The position numbers were made by a program, and so were the translations under genes. Below, one piece after another: positions 1 to 7,763 of a stretch of DNA of 28,295 bases (within the stretch, counting starts at the first letter, position 1; the number at the start of each line of letters is the position of its first letter). Below the pieces are notes generated by a model. That model was not told the DNA's origin. It ran no database searches and was given only the letters and a program-made list of their open reading frames with translations. This DNA comes from Crocinitomicaceae bacterium (GTDB lineage: Bacteria > Bacteroidota > Bacteroidia > Flavobacteriales_D > Crocinitomicaceae): NCBI GenBank assembly GCA_041303135.1, contig JBFYPS010000359.1:1-28295 (forward strand), in the 5' to 3' direction.

Positions 1-7
1 AAAAAAA

Positions 8-162
8 GATATTAGGACACTAGGATTTTATGATATTAGGACTTTTGATTTTTGTAAAAATTGAAATTAATCTAAAAATTTGGAAACGGCAACATAAATC
101 AAAGTCTTAAAGTTGCTTAGCAACGTGTCCTAAAATCTTAATATCTTAAAGCGCAGCGGGTC
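8..162 (-). repeat. Octamer tandem-inverted-repeat element, copy 1 (may extend past the window start)
   Basis: Left arm has 8-bp units gatattag/gacactag/gattttat/gatattag/gacttttg (8-47). The right arm has the reverse-complement units plus the hairpin gttgc-tta-gcaac (112-124). The reverse complement of 91-162 matches 13145-13216 at 66/72 ungapped. Confidence 0.9.
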
Positions 163-166
163 TTTT

Positions 167-2068
167 TTAATAAGCGCGTTCGTTTTTACCTTCAACGAAA
201 TTAATAAATGCACGGTTGACCACTTTATTTCCACCTGGTGTTGGATAGTTTCCTGTGAAATACCAATCTCCCAAGTGATCTGGAATGGCTGCATGTAAGT
301 TTTCTATTGTTTGATATACAATTTCAACTTTTGCTTGTATGTTTGCAGGAGTTAACAATTCAGCGATTTTTGCAGAAATCTCTTCCGCTGTGAAAGGCGC
401 ATAAATTTCTTTGACGTAATTTTTGATTTGCTCTTTCGGCAATTTGGCTTGATCCAAACATTTTCTATAAACATCGTCAATGATGTGTCCTTTTCCTTGT
501 TCTTTCAGTAATTGAATGGCAGCTTCGAAAGCAATAAAATCTCCCATTTTCGCCATGTCGATTCCATAACAATCAGGATAACGAATCTGCGGAGCTGAAG
601 AAACAACAACGATTTTCACAGGTTCAAGTCTGTCCAAAATACGCAAAATACTTTGCTTCAAAGTGGTTCCACGAACGATACTATCGTCAATTACAACCAA
701 ATTGTCTTTTCCTCGAACGACTGAGCCGTAAGTGATATCGTAAACATGCGCCACTAAATCGTCGCGTGCATCATCTTGCGTGATGAATGTTCTCAATTTT
801 GCATCTTTGATCGCGATTTTTTCAATGCGCGCTCTTTGGTAGATGATTTCTTTCAATTGTTCCGGAGTAGGATTTGCTCCTAAATCCAAAATTGCTTGAA
901 ATTTTCTATCGTTAAGGTAATCTTCCAATCCCTTAATCATCCCATAAAAAGATGTTTCTGCAGTATTTGGAATGAATGAAAAAACGGAATTATCTAAATC
1001 ATAATCAACAGATTTCAATACTTGATTCACCACCAATTTCCCCAAATTGATACGTTCTTTGTAGATATCGATATCGTTTCCTCTGGAAAAATAAATGCGC
1101 TCAAAAGAACAACTTTTTCTTTCTCGAGGTTCGTTGATTTTAACTTCATTTACAGCACCTGATTTTTTGATAATCAAAGCGCTACCTGGAGTCAATTCTT
1201 GTACTTGGTCGTATTTCAAACGGAAAGCAGTTTGAATTACAGAACGTTCAGATGCTACAACGCAAACTTCTTCATCTTCATACCAAAATGCTGGACGAAT
1301 TCCAGAAGGATCGCGCAAAACAAATGCATCACCATGACCAAATAATCCTGCCATTGCATAACCACCATCCCAATCTGAAGAAGCTCTTTTTAGGATTTTT
1401 TCGATGTTTAAATTTTTGGCAATGCGCTCATAAATTTCAGGAATGGAGAAACCTTGTGCGGTCAAAGATTGCAACATTTCGTCGTTTTCTTCATCCAAAA
1501 AGTGACCTATTTTTTCCAATACGGTAACTGTATCGGATTTCTCTTTTGGATGCTGGCCGATTTCTAACAAGACATCAAAAAGTTCGTCAACATTGGTCAA
1601 ATTAAAATTTCCGGCAACAGCTAAATTTCTAGTAATCCAGTTATTTTGTCTTAAAAATGGGTGACAACTTTCAATGCTATTTCTTCCAAAAGTTCCATAT
1701 CTCAAATGTCCCAAGAAAAGTTCACCAGTAAAACCAGCGTTTTTTTTCAGGTATTCAACATCTTTCAATTTGGAAGCATCTTCTTCCTCGATTTGTTTGA
1801 ATCGACTGTTGATGTGGTCAAAAATGTCTTGAATTGGTTTGCTGTCGATAGAACGGTAGCGAGAAATATAACGCTCGCCAGGCTGCATGTCAAATTTAAT
1901 ATTTGCCACACCAGCTCCGTCTTGTCCGCGGTTGATTTGTTTCTCCATCAAAAGATGCAGTTTGCTCAAACCGTAAAAGGCAGTCCCATATTTTTCGAGA
2001 TAAAATTGAAGGGGTTTTTTCAATCTTAACAGTGCTATTCCGCACTCATGTTTGATCGGATCACTCAT
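167..2068 (-). CDS. purF: Amidophosphoribosyltransferase (long Bacteroidota-type PurF)
   Basis: Propeptide MSDPIKHE|CG gives an Ntn Cys. Motifs GHLRYGT, HPF, NGNL-like GNFNL, CSFERIYF, PRPP loop VVIDDSIVRGTT and YPDCYGID. Start moved to the ATG at 2068 because the longer ORF start overlaps the promoter box. Confidence 0.93.
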   Translation of the reverse strand: MSDPIKHECGIALLRLKKPLQFYLEKYGTAFYGLSKLHLLMEKQINRGQDGAGVANIKFDMQPGERYISRYRSIDSKPIQDIFDHINSRFKQIEEEDASKLKDVEYLKKNAGFTGELFLGHLRYGTFGRNSIESCHPFLRQNNWITRNLAVAGNFNLTNVDELFDVLLEIGQHPKEKSDTVTVLEKIGHFLDEENDEMLQSLTAQGFSIPEIYERIAKNLNIEKILKRASSDWDGGYAMAGLFGHGDAFVLRDPSGIRPAFWYEDEEVCVVASERSVIQTAFRLKYDQVQELTPGSALIIKKSGAVNEVKINEPRERKSCSFERIYFSRGNDIDIYKERINLGKLVVNQVLKSVDYDLDNSVFSFIPNTAETSFYGMIKGLEDYLNDRKFQAILDLGANPTPEQLKEIIYQRARIEKIAIKDAKLRTFITQDDARDDLVAHVYDITYGSVVRGKDNLVVIDDSIVRGTTLKQSILRILDRLEPVKIVVVSSAPQIRYPDCYGIDMAKMGDFIAFEAAIQLLKEQGKGHIIDDVYRKCLDQAKLPKEQIKNYVKEIYAPFTAEEISAKIAELLTPANIQAKVEIVYQTIENLHAAIPDHLGDWYFTGNYPTPGGNKVVNRAFINFVEGKNERAY

Positions 2069-2089
2069 GGCTCTTCCTGAAATTTTTTG

Positions 2090-2120
2090 CAAAGATACTT
2101 ATAAAATGCAGGGATTACAA
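2090..2120 (-). promoter_or_regulatory. Bacteroidota sigma-ABfr-type promoter for purF
   Basis: Minus strand: TATCTTTG (-7 box TAnnTTTG, 2097-2090), with TTG at 2120-2118 and a 20-nt spacer. Confidence 0.7.
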
Positions 2121-2175
2121 TTTAAGGAAAGGAATAAAAAAGAATTCAGCTAAATCAGTTGTAAAAATCTTTCAA

Positions 2176-2886
2176 TCAAGAGATTACTTCTGTTTCATTT
2201 CCATCTTCTGTATTTTCAGAAATGTTTTCAATTGCAGCTGTATTTTTCTTTTTTCTTGGGAAGTAACTTCTTTGTCTGATTAAAATCAACACCACACCGC
2301 AAGTGATTGCACCATCGGCGACATTCCAAACTGCTGGAAAAACATCTTTGCCGCCCAACCAAGGAATCCAAGAAGGCCAAGTGAAATCGAATTGAAACAT
2401 ATCCACTACATTTCCGAGTAAAAATCCAGCGTGTCGTACTTCTACTTTCCCGTAGAAATCGCAATTGGCAAAAACACCAGAACCTTCCAATTGGTTGAAA
2501 GACATACAAGGTTTGAATGGAAAGATAAAATCATAGAACATGGAATCGATGAGGTTACCTGTTGCGCCTGCAAAAATAAATCCAATCGCGATAAGAAACT
2601 CCATTTTCATTCCTGCTTTGGCTTGTTTGAACCAGTAATAGCCAATTCCACCAATGGCAATAATTCTGAAAATACTTAAGGCCAATTTACCCCAAATTCC
2701 AGAACCAAATGTGGTACCGAAAGCCATTCCTTGGTTTTCAACGTACACAATTTTGAACCAATTTCCAATTAAATTGAGCGGCTGATCCATGGTTGAAACA
2801 GAGGTTTTCACCCAAATTTTAATCAATTGGTCTAATAACAAAATAAGGGCCACGACAGCCCCTACAATAATTAATTTTTTTCTCAC
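2176..2886 (-). CDS. lspA: Lipoprotein signal peptidase II
   Basis: Motifs DQLIKIWV, ENQGMAFG, GATGNLIDS, GNVVDMF and VWNVAD. Likely GTG start at 2886, 4 nt after the dksA stop. Confidence 0.93.
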   Translation of the reverse strand: MRKKLIIVGAVVALILLLDQLIKIWVKTSVSTMDQPLNLIGNWFKIVYVENQGMAFGTTFGSGIWGKLALSIFRIIAIGGIGYYWFKQAKAGMKMEFLIAIGFIFAGATGNLIDSMFYDFIFPFKPCMSFNQLEGSGVFANCDFYGKVEVRHAGFLLGNVVDMFQFDFTWPSWIPWLGGKDVFPAVWNVADGAITCGVVLILIRQRSYFPRKKKNTAAIENISENTEDGNETEVIS

Positions 2887-2890
2887 AATG

Positions 2891-3271
2891 TTATTTTTGA
2901 GCGTTTTTGGCATCGATGCTAAGTGTAGCATGAGGTACCAAACGCAATCTTTCTTTTTGGATTAATTTTCCTGTAACACGACAAATTCCATACGTTTTAT
3001 TTTCAATGCGCATTAAAGCACTTTGCAAATTTTGAATGAATTTTTCTTGACGTGCACTCAATTGCGCAACTTCCTCACGAGAAAGCGTTTCAGAACCATC
3101 TTCCATCATGTTGAAAGTACGACCTGTATCATCTGTTCCGTGATTATCACTGTTTGAAAGTGAACTTTTCAACATGTCATAATCCTCTTGCGCTTCTTTC
3201 AACTTTTCGTTGATTAATATTTTGAATTCTTCCAATTCAGCATCGGAATATCTTGTTTTCTCCTGTGACAT
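2891..3271 (-). CDS. TraR/DksA family transcriptional regulator
   Basis: N-terminal coiled coil followed by ALMRIENKTYGIC..TGKLI.KERL..VPHATL, the C-terminal DksA finger region. Confidence 0.9.
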   Translation of the reverse strand: MSQEKTRYSDAELEEFKILINEKLKEAQEDYDMLKSSLSNSDNHGTDDTGRTFNMMEDGSETLSREEVAQLSARQEKFIQNLQSALMRIENKTYGICRVTGKLIQKERLRLVPHATLSIDAKNAQK

Positions 3272-3316
3272 ATTTTTCTACTTTTTTGAGACTTTCGTCT
3301 CTTTCACTACTGCTGA

Positions 3317-3324
3317 CAAATATA
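3317..3324 (-). promoter_or_regulatory. -7 promoter box for dksA-lspA
   Basis: TATATTTG on the minus strand, 46 nt upstream of the ATG. Confidence 0.6.
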
Positions 3325-3543
3325 ATTCAAAATTATTTGGAATAACTACTAAATTATACCACTTTATCAACAATTTATGTAAATTTAATATTTAGTTTGA
3401 TTTAAGTATATTTTTCATATGTGTTTATTATTCAGTTGTTTGTGTCTAATTTGTCAATTCTAAAATTCCTGTTACTTTGTTAACTTTTAAAAATTAAACG
3501 TTTTTGCATTTAAATTGTACAACTTTAAAATTCAAATTGAATT

Positions 3544-3918
3544 ATGATGAGAATTAAAAAATGCTTTTCAATCGTTATATTATGTTTAGTGTATCTCAAT
3601 CTTTTTGGTCAAGTGCAAGAAAGAGAAATGGTGCCGTTGACTCCGATTTTTAGTCAAACAGTTTCAGTCAATTCTGAACGCCCTTATTTTGAGATCAAAA
3701 ATCTAAACTTGTTTCCTGACAATGAGTTATTGATATACAACAGATGGGGAAATGAAATTTTCAAAGCTTCTCCGTACTTGGGAAATTGGAATTGTACAGT
3801 TAAAGGCAAAACCAAAAAAGAACCTGACACTTTAATTGAAAGTGGTACTTATTTTTACATTTTCATAGATAAAAAAACGCAAGAGAATTACCAAGGATAT
3901 TTTAATTTCTTGCGCTAA
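3544..3918 (+). CDS. Small exported protein consisting almost only of a gliding-motility/T9SS type-B C-terminal domain (CHU_C-like)
   Basis: Signal peptide ending LFG-Q, then F.I.N....DNELLIYNRWG.EIF....Y...W.......GTYFYI......QGYF. Confidence 0.75.
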   Translation: MMRIKKCFSIVILCLVYLNLFGQVQEREMVPLTPIFSQTVSVNSERPYFEIKNLNLFPDNELLIYNRWGNEIFKASPYLGNWNCTVKGKTKKEPDTLIESGTYFYIFIDKKTQENYQGYFNFLR

Positions 3919-4586
3919 TCAAATTTGACTGGAAAGATGAAATAGGAGCGGACTGCGCGTCCATTGTTTATCGCTGGAATCCATTTTGGCATTGATTTCA
4001 CAACTCTTAGGGCTTCTTTGTCGCATTCAGGGCAATTAAATGCACTTTTAACTATTTGAATATTGGATAACATTCCGTCTTTTTCAACGACCAATTTTAT
4101 ATAACACTTCTGAAAAGCTTTTTCTTCTGCCTGCACAGGTTTTTGAAGTATTTTTGAAATGTATAAATTCATTTTTTCTGGTCCTCCAGGAAATGATGCC
4201 GCAACTTCTGGAACGTCATAAATTTTTTCTTCGTCTTGAATATATTCTGGTTCAGGAACTGCGACTTGGAAATCTAAACCCAATCGTTCTTCAATTGTTT
4301 TCACTTCCAATTCGATTTCTTGAAGATCTTTTGGATTACTCTTTGTGGCAATGTAGATATAGGTTTCATAATCTTTTCCACTTTTGAAAATAATTGTGTC
4401 ACTTTTTTTGATCGAAGAAACTTTAATCATTCCTTCTTTGTCTGTTATACCAATGCTTGCTTTATCGACAATTACATCAACATTTGCAATTGGAATTCCT
4501 TCACCATCAGTGACTAAAAAAGTGGTTTGTGCTTGCAGAATATTTACAAATAAACTTACAATTAGCAATGAAATTAAATTTTTCAT
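3915..4586 (-). CDS. TonB C-terminal-domain protein with an N-terminal carboxypeptidase-regulatory-like domain
   Basis: Signal peptide, GIPIANVDV...GITDKEG, then ASFPGG...KLVVEKDGMLSNIQIV..DKEALRVVKSMPKWIPA...GRAVRSYF. An alternative ATG lies at 4619. Confidence 0.85.
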   Translation of the reverse strand: MKNLISLLIVSLFVNILQAQTTFLVTDGEGIPIANVDVIVDKASIGITDKEGMIKVSSIKKSDTIIFKSGKDYETYIYIATKSNPKDLQEIELEVKTIEERLGLDFQVAVPEPEYIQDEEKIYDVPEVAASFPGGPEKMNLYISKILQKPVQAEEKAFQKCYIKLVVEKDGMLSNIQIVKSAFNCPECDKEALRVVKSMPKWIPAINNGRAVRSYFIFPVKFD

Positions 4587-4624
4587 AAGCAAGAAAAAGA
4601 ACAACTTTTGAAGTTGCATTTAAC

Positions 4625-4632
4625 CAAATGTA
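4625..4632 (-). promoter_or_regulatory. -7 promoter box for the TonB-C gene
   Basis: TACATTTG on the minus strand, 5 nt before the ATG at 4619. Confidence 0.6.
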
Positions 4633-4662
4633 CGATATTTAATCAGACTAAAAAATTTAATT

Positions 4663-6498
4663 TTAATCTTGTTTCACCACTTTGAAAGTTGAAATTTTTT
4701 CACCTTGTTGCAACTGAATTAAATAAATTCCAGGAGAAAAATTTCCAAAATCAACACTTGTTGCATTCGTGCTTTTAAAGATATTTTTCCCTGCAAAATC
4801 AAATATTTCGACCTTAAATTCACCGGATTTTGAATCAATGTGAACGATGTTTTGCGTTGGATTTGGATAGATTTTAAAGTCTTCATTTTCATTTTCTTCT
4901 ATCGACAAAGAACTTGTACAAGGTACAAAATTCACTACATCATCCCACAAATCTGATTGTGCTGTTCTCAATCCGCACTGATTTCCGTTCGGCGTTGCTT
5001 TGATTTCCAAATAGCAATCTGAAGCGGCATTGTATTGAGGCCAAGCGACTAAATCTGTCCCATTTGGATTTCCTGTTTTTGCAAAATTTATCCAATAATT
5101 CAACATATTTACTTGAACAGAATCGTCTGCTGGTTTGAATAATATTCCAGAACCTGCAGTGGCATTTTCCCAATTGTTGAATACATAAAAAAGTTCCATT
5201 CCGTGGTAACTTCCATAATTTGCAAGAGCCGCCAACGTATGTTTGTGGCTGAAAAAATACCTCCAAACTGGTTCAGTTTGATTTTGACTTACGCATTGCG
5301 CTGTTCTTCTTGTAGTTGCTGTGAATTGTGAATCCGTCAACAAACCAATATAAGATTGTTTGGCTTGCGTTGCGTTTGATCCTGGAGGATACAACGCGGT
5401 TGCAGTCGCCTGATTTGCAGCAGGAACGGACGCATTTATTAATGCTGTAACCATTGCGGGAAGCACTGTTTGCGGAGCTGACAAACTCATTTCATCTGCA
5501 TTTGAACCAATAATCAAAGGAACTTTGTTGTAAACACCGCTTTGAATGGTTTGTAAAGGATAATTTGAAAAAACCAAATTGTCGATGACTGGTTGCCATG
5601 CCAATTGCACTGCGCCACCTGAAAGGGGAGAAGTTTCGTATTTCACCAAACTATCGCTTGGCAATGATCGCATATAAGCAATTTTTTGAACGTCATTTCC
5701 TGTGGTTGTAAAGTCTGCGACATAATTAATTCCTTTCGTTTTCGAATCGCTGTAAGTATTTACAACCGGCATCGCACTTTGGATACAAGCACGTTGAAAC
5801 AAACCAGCGGCAAGTGGCGTCGTGAGCAAGTTTCCAACGTTGATTCCGCCGGCACTTTCACCAAAAATCATCACTTTGGTCGGATCACCGCCAAAATTAG
5901 CAATGTTATTTTGTACCCATTTCAAGGCTAAAATTTGGTCTAAAACGGCATAATTTCCTGCAGTTCCATTCGCGTTTTCAGGTTCTAAACCTGGGTGAAC
6001 TAAAAATCCCAAGGGACCCAATCTGTATTGAATTGTTACAATCACTGCATCGCCTCGTTCCGCCATGTTTTTACCGAAATACATTTGCGTTCCTCCATTT
6101 ACTTCATTCGCGCTTCCTTGCTGATTTCCACCGCCGTGGATAAAAACCAATACAGGTCTCATTCCAGCGCCCACTTGTGGCGTCCAGACATTCAAATACA
6201 AGCAATCTTCATTTCCAACAATCGTCGAAGTTGTATCGCCTTGTTGAAAAACTTTCTGAGGACAAACGGGCGCAAAACTTGTTGTTGCTAAAGTATTTGC
6301 CCAATTGGTAGGATTTTCTGGTGCCTTCCATCTCAAATTATTGACAGGCGGTTTCGCATAAGGAATTCCTAAAAATTGAATTACATTTCCATTTTGAGCA
6401 CCTTGAATGGAACCGAATTGTGTGGAAACGGTTTGTGCTTGAATTGCACCAACATTGGCGAGTATCAAAAAGACGACAGAAAGTATTCTTGTATTCAT
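4663..6498 (-). CDS. Secreted type-B carboxylesterase (alpha/beta hydrolase) with a T9SS type-A sorting domain
   Basis: Motifs FLGIPYAKPP, EDCLYLNVW, HGGG oxyanion loop, GESAGG nucleophile, GSNADE and SYHGMEL. C-terminal KIYPNPT...G.Y.I...K..KQD CTD. Confidence 0.92.
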   Translation of the reverse strand: MNTRILSVVFLILANVGAIQAQTVSTQFGSIQGAQNGNVIQFLGIPYAKPPVNNLRWKAPENPTNWANTLATTSFAPVCPQKVFQQGDTTSTIVGNEDCLYLNVWTPQVGAGMRPVLVFIHGGGNQQGSANEVNGGTQMYFGKNMAERGDAVIVTIQYRLGPLGFLVHPGLEPENANGTAGNYAVLDQILALKWVQNNIANFGGDPTKVMIFGESAGGINVGNLLTTPLAAGLFQRACIQSAMPVVNTYSDSKTKGINYVADFTTTGNDVQKIAYMRSLPSDSLVKYETSPLSGGAVQLAWQPVIDNLVFSNYPLQTIQSGVYNKVPLIIGSNADEMSLSAPQTVLPAMVTALINASVPAANQATATALYPPGSNATQAKQSYIGLLTDSQFTATTRRTAQCVSQNQTEPVWRYFFSHKHTLAALANYGSYHGMELFYVFNNWENATAGSGILFKPADDSVQVNMLNYWINFAKTGNPNGTDLVAWPQYNAASDCYLEIKATPNGNQCGLRTAQSDLWDDVVNFVPCTSSLSIEENENEDFKIYPNPTQNIVHIDSKSGEFKVEIFDFAGKNIFKSTNATSVDFGNFSPGIYLIQLQQGEKISTFKVVKQD

Positions 6499-6606
6499 AT
6501 TTGTTTATTTATGAGATAAATGTAGCAAGAAAAACAAATCGAAAATTGAAATGGATTTGATTTAACAAATAATCAGCTAGATTTTAACAAAAAGCTTTTA
6601 TTTTCT

Positions 6607-7656
6607 TTAATCTTCCACATTGAACGGAATAACAACACTGTAAAATGAATCTATTGCCTCGCCGTTTTTTATTGCAGCTTGCATTTTCGGCATTGTCATA
6701 ACCAATCTAATACTTTCTTGGTCACAGGCCTCGCATTGAGGCACACCTCGAATTACTTTCGGAGAGTTAATAATTCCTTCTTTTGAAACTTGAAACAAAA
6801 CAATTGATTTTCCAGCAAAATGTTGCTTTCCATTTACAGTGGGGAGAAGTAAATTTTCTCTCAAAAAGGATTCAAGCGCGGCTTTTCCACCAATAAATTC
6901 AGCGTTTTTATCCGTAGGTTTTTGATTTTTTAAATTTTCGTTCTCTGTTACTGTGGCATCAAAATCAGCATTTTCTTCATTTCTATATGACGACTGAGGT
7001 TGAAATAATTGAAAATATTCTTGAGGGTATTTTTTCAGCTTGTAGTTTGCCATGAAATCACTTTCTACTTTAGCAAAAAGGGCTTCGTTTTTCAATTTTG
7101 TGCTGCGTAGTTTAAGATATGAGGTCAATAATGAGTCATAAAACAATGGAATAAAAGCATTTACTTGGATATATTTTTCTTGGTAATCAGTTAAGCAAAC
7201 GTTGTAATCCGCAATTTTTTTATTTAACAATTCGATTTCCCTTAATTGGTTTTCCAAATCACTTTTTTCTAAAAGTTGAAATTCGGTTTCAGCAGAAAAA
7301 AAAGTTTTGTAATCACATTTTTTCTCCACAAAAGTCTTACTGTCATTGTTTAGTAAAACTTGTATGGATTCATATTTTGTTGAATCGTAAGTTTTCAATT
7401 TTAAATAGTTGAATTTGAAAACCACATCTTGATTTCGGTCATAATATCGGACGTAGAAAGCCTCTAATTCCAGTAAATTTTTTCGTAAGCTATCAGTGAC
7501 TTTATATGCTTTATTATTTGATTTTGTTAATTCTTCATATTTCCGAAAATTCAAATCATAATTATTTTTAGCCGATTCAATTTGCTTCCTCAAATTCTGG
7601 CTAGACGCTGTTTTTGCAAAAATGCAAAGAATGAGAATCAATGATTTTTTAAGCAT
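6607..7656 (-). CDS. TonB C-terminal-domain protein with a long coiled-coil N-terminal region
   Basis: Signal peptide MLKKSLIL..TASS-Q, a helical heptad-rich middle, then AEFIGG...VLFQVSKEG.I....DQESIRLV..MP....AIKNG. Start set at 7656. Confidence 0.8.
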   Translation of the reverse strand: MLKKSLILILCIFAKTASSQNLRKQIESAKNNYDLNFRKYEELTKSNNKAYKVTDSLRKNLLELEAFYVRYYDRNQDVVFKFNYLKLKTYDSTKYESIQVLLNNDSKTFVEKKCDYKTFFSAETEFQLLEKSDLENQLREIELLNKKIADYNVCLTDYQEKYIQVNAFIPLFYDSLLTSYLKLRSTKLKNEALFAKVESDFMANYKLKKYPQEYFQLFQPQSSYRNEENADFDATVTENENLKNQKPTDKNAEFIGGKAALESFLRENLLLPTVNGKQHFAGKSIVLFQVSKEGIINSPKVIRGVPQCEACDQESIRLVMTMPKMQAAIKNGEAIDSFYSVVIPFNVED

Positions 7657-7706
7657 ATCATCAAAATAAATTTTCAAAACTTGCACTAAAAGTAGTAAAT
7701 AAAAGC

Positions 7707-7743
7707 AAAAAAAAAGGACAATTACCAACCGTAATCATCCCTT
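7707..7743 (-). terminator. Intrinsic terminator after the DUF2911 gene
   Basis: Minus strand GGGAUGAUUAC-gguug-GUAAUUGUCCU followed by a U-run. Confidence 0.75.
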
Positions 7744-7763
7744 TAAGAGTGAGATATTATTTT

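Noticed and set aside
8-162. Octamer arrays as a CRISPR array
   Set aside because: The units are 8 bp and contiguous, with no unique 25-45 bp spacers and no cas genes.
1252-2029. Antisense ORFs of 60-126 aa overlapping purF (and similar shadow ORFs throughout the track)
   Set aside because: They lie fully inside well-supported genes on the opposite strand or another frame and show no recognisable motifs.
2069-2092. Extended N-termini given by the ORF track (purF, lspA 2931, TonB 7728, ECH 11030, DUF6427 21694, ispD 22146, SDR 24770)
   Set aside because: The extensions overlap promoter boxes, terminators or upstream genes, and downstream starts match family N-termini.
3364-3372. TTATCAACA (also TGTTGATAA at 21852-21860) as DnaA boxes
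   Set aside because: They are single, one-mismatch boxes in AT-rich DNA with no cluster, so there is no support for oriC.
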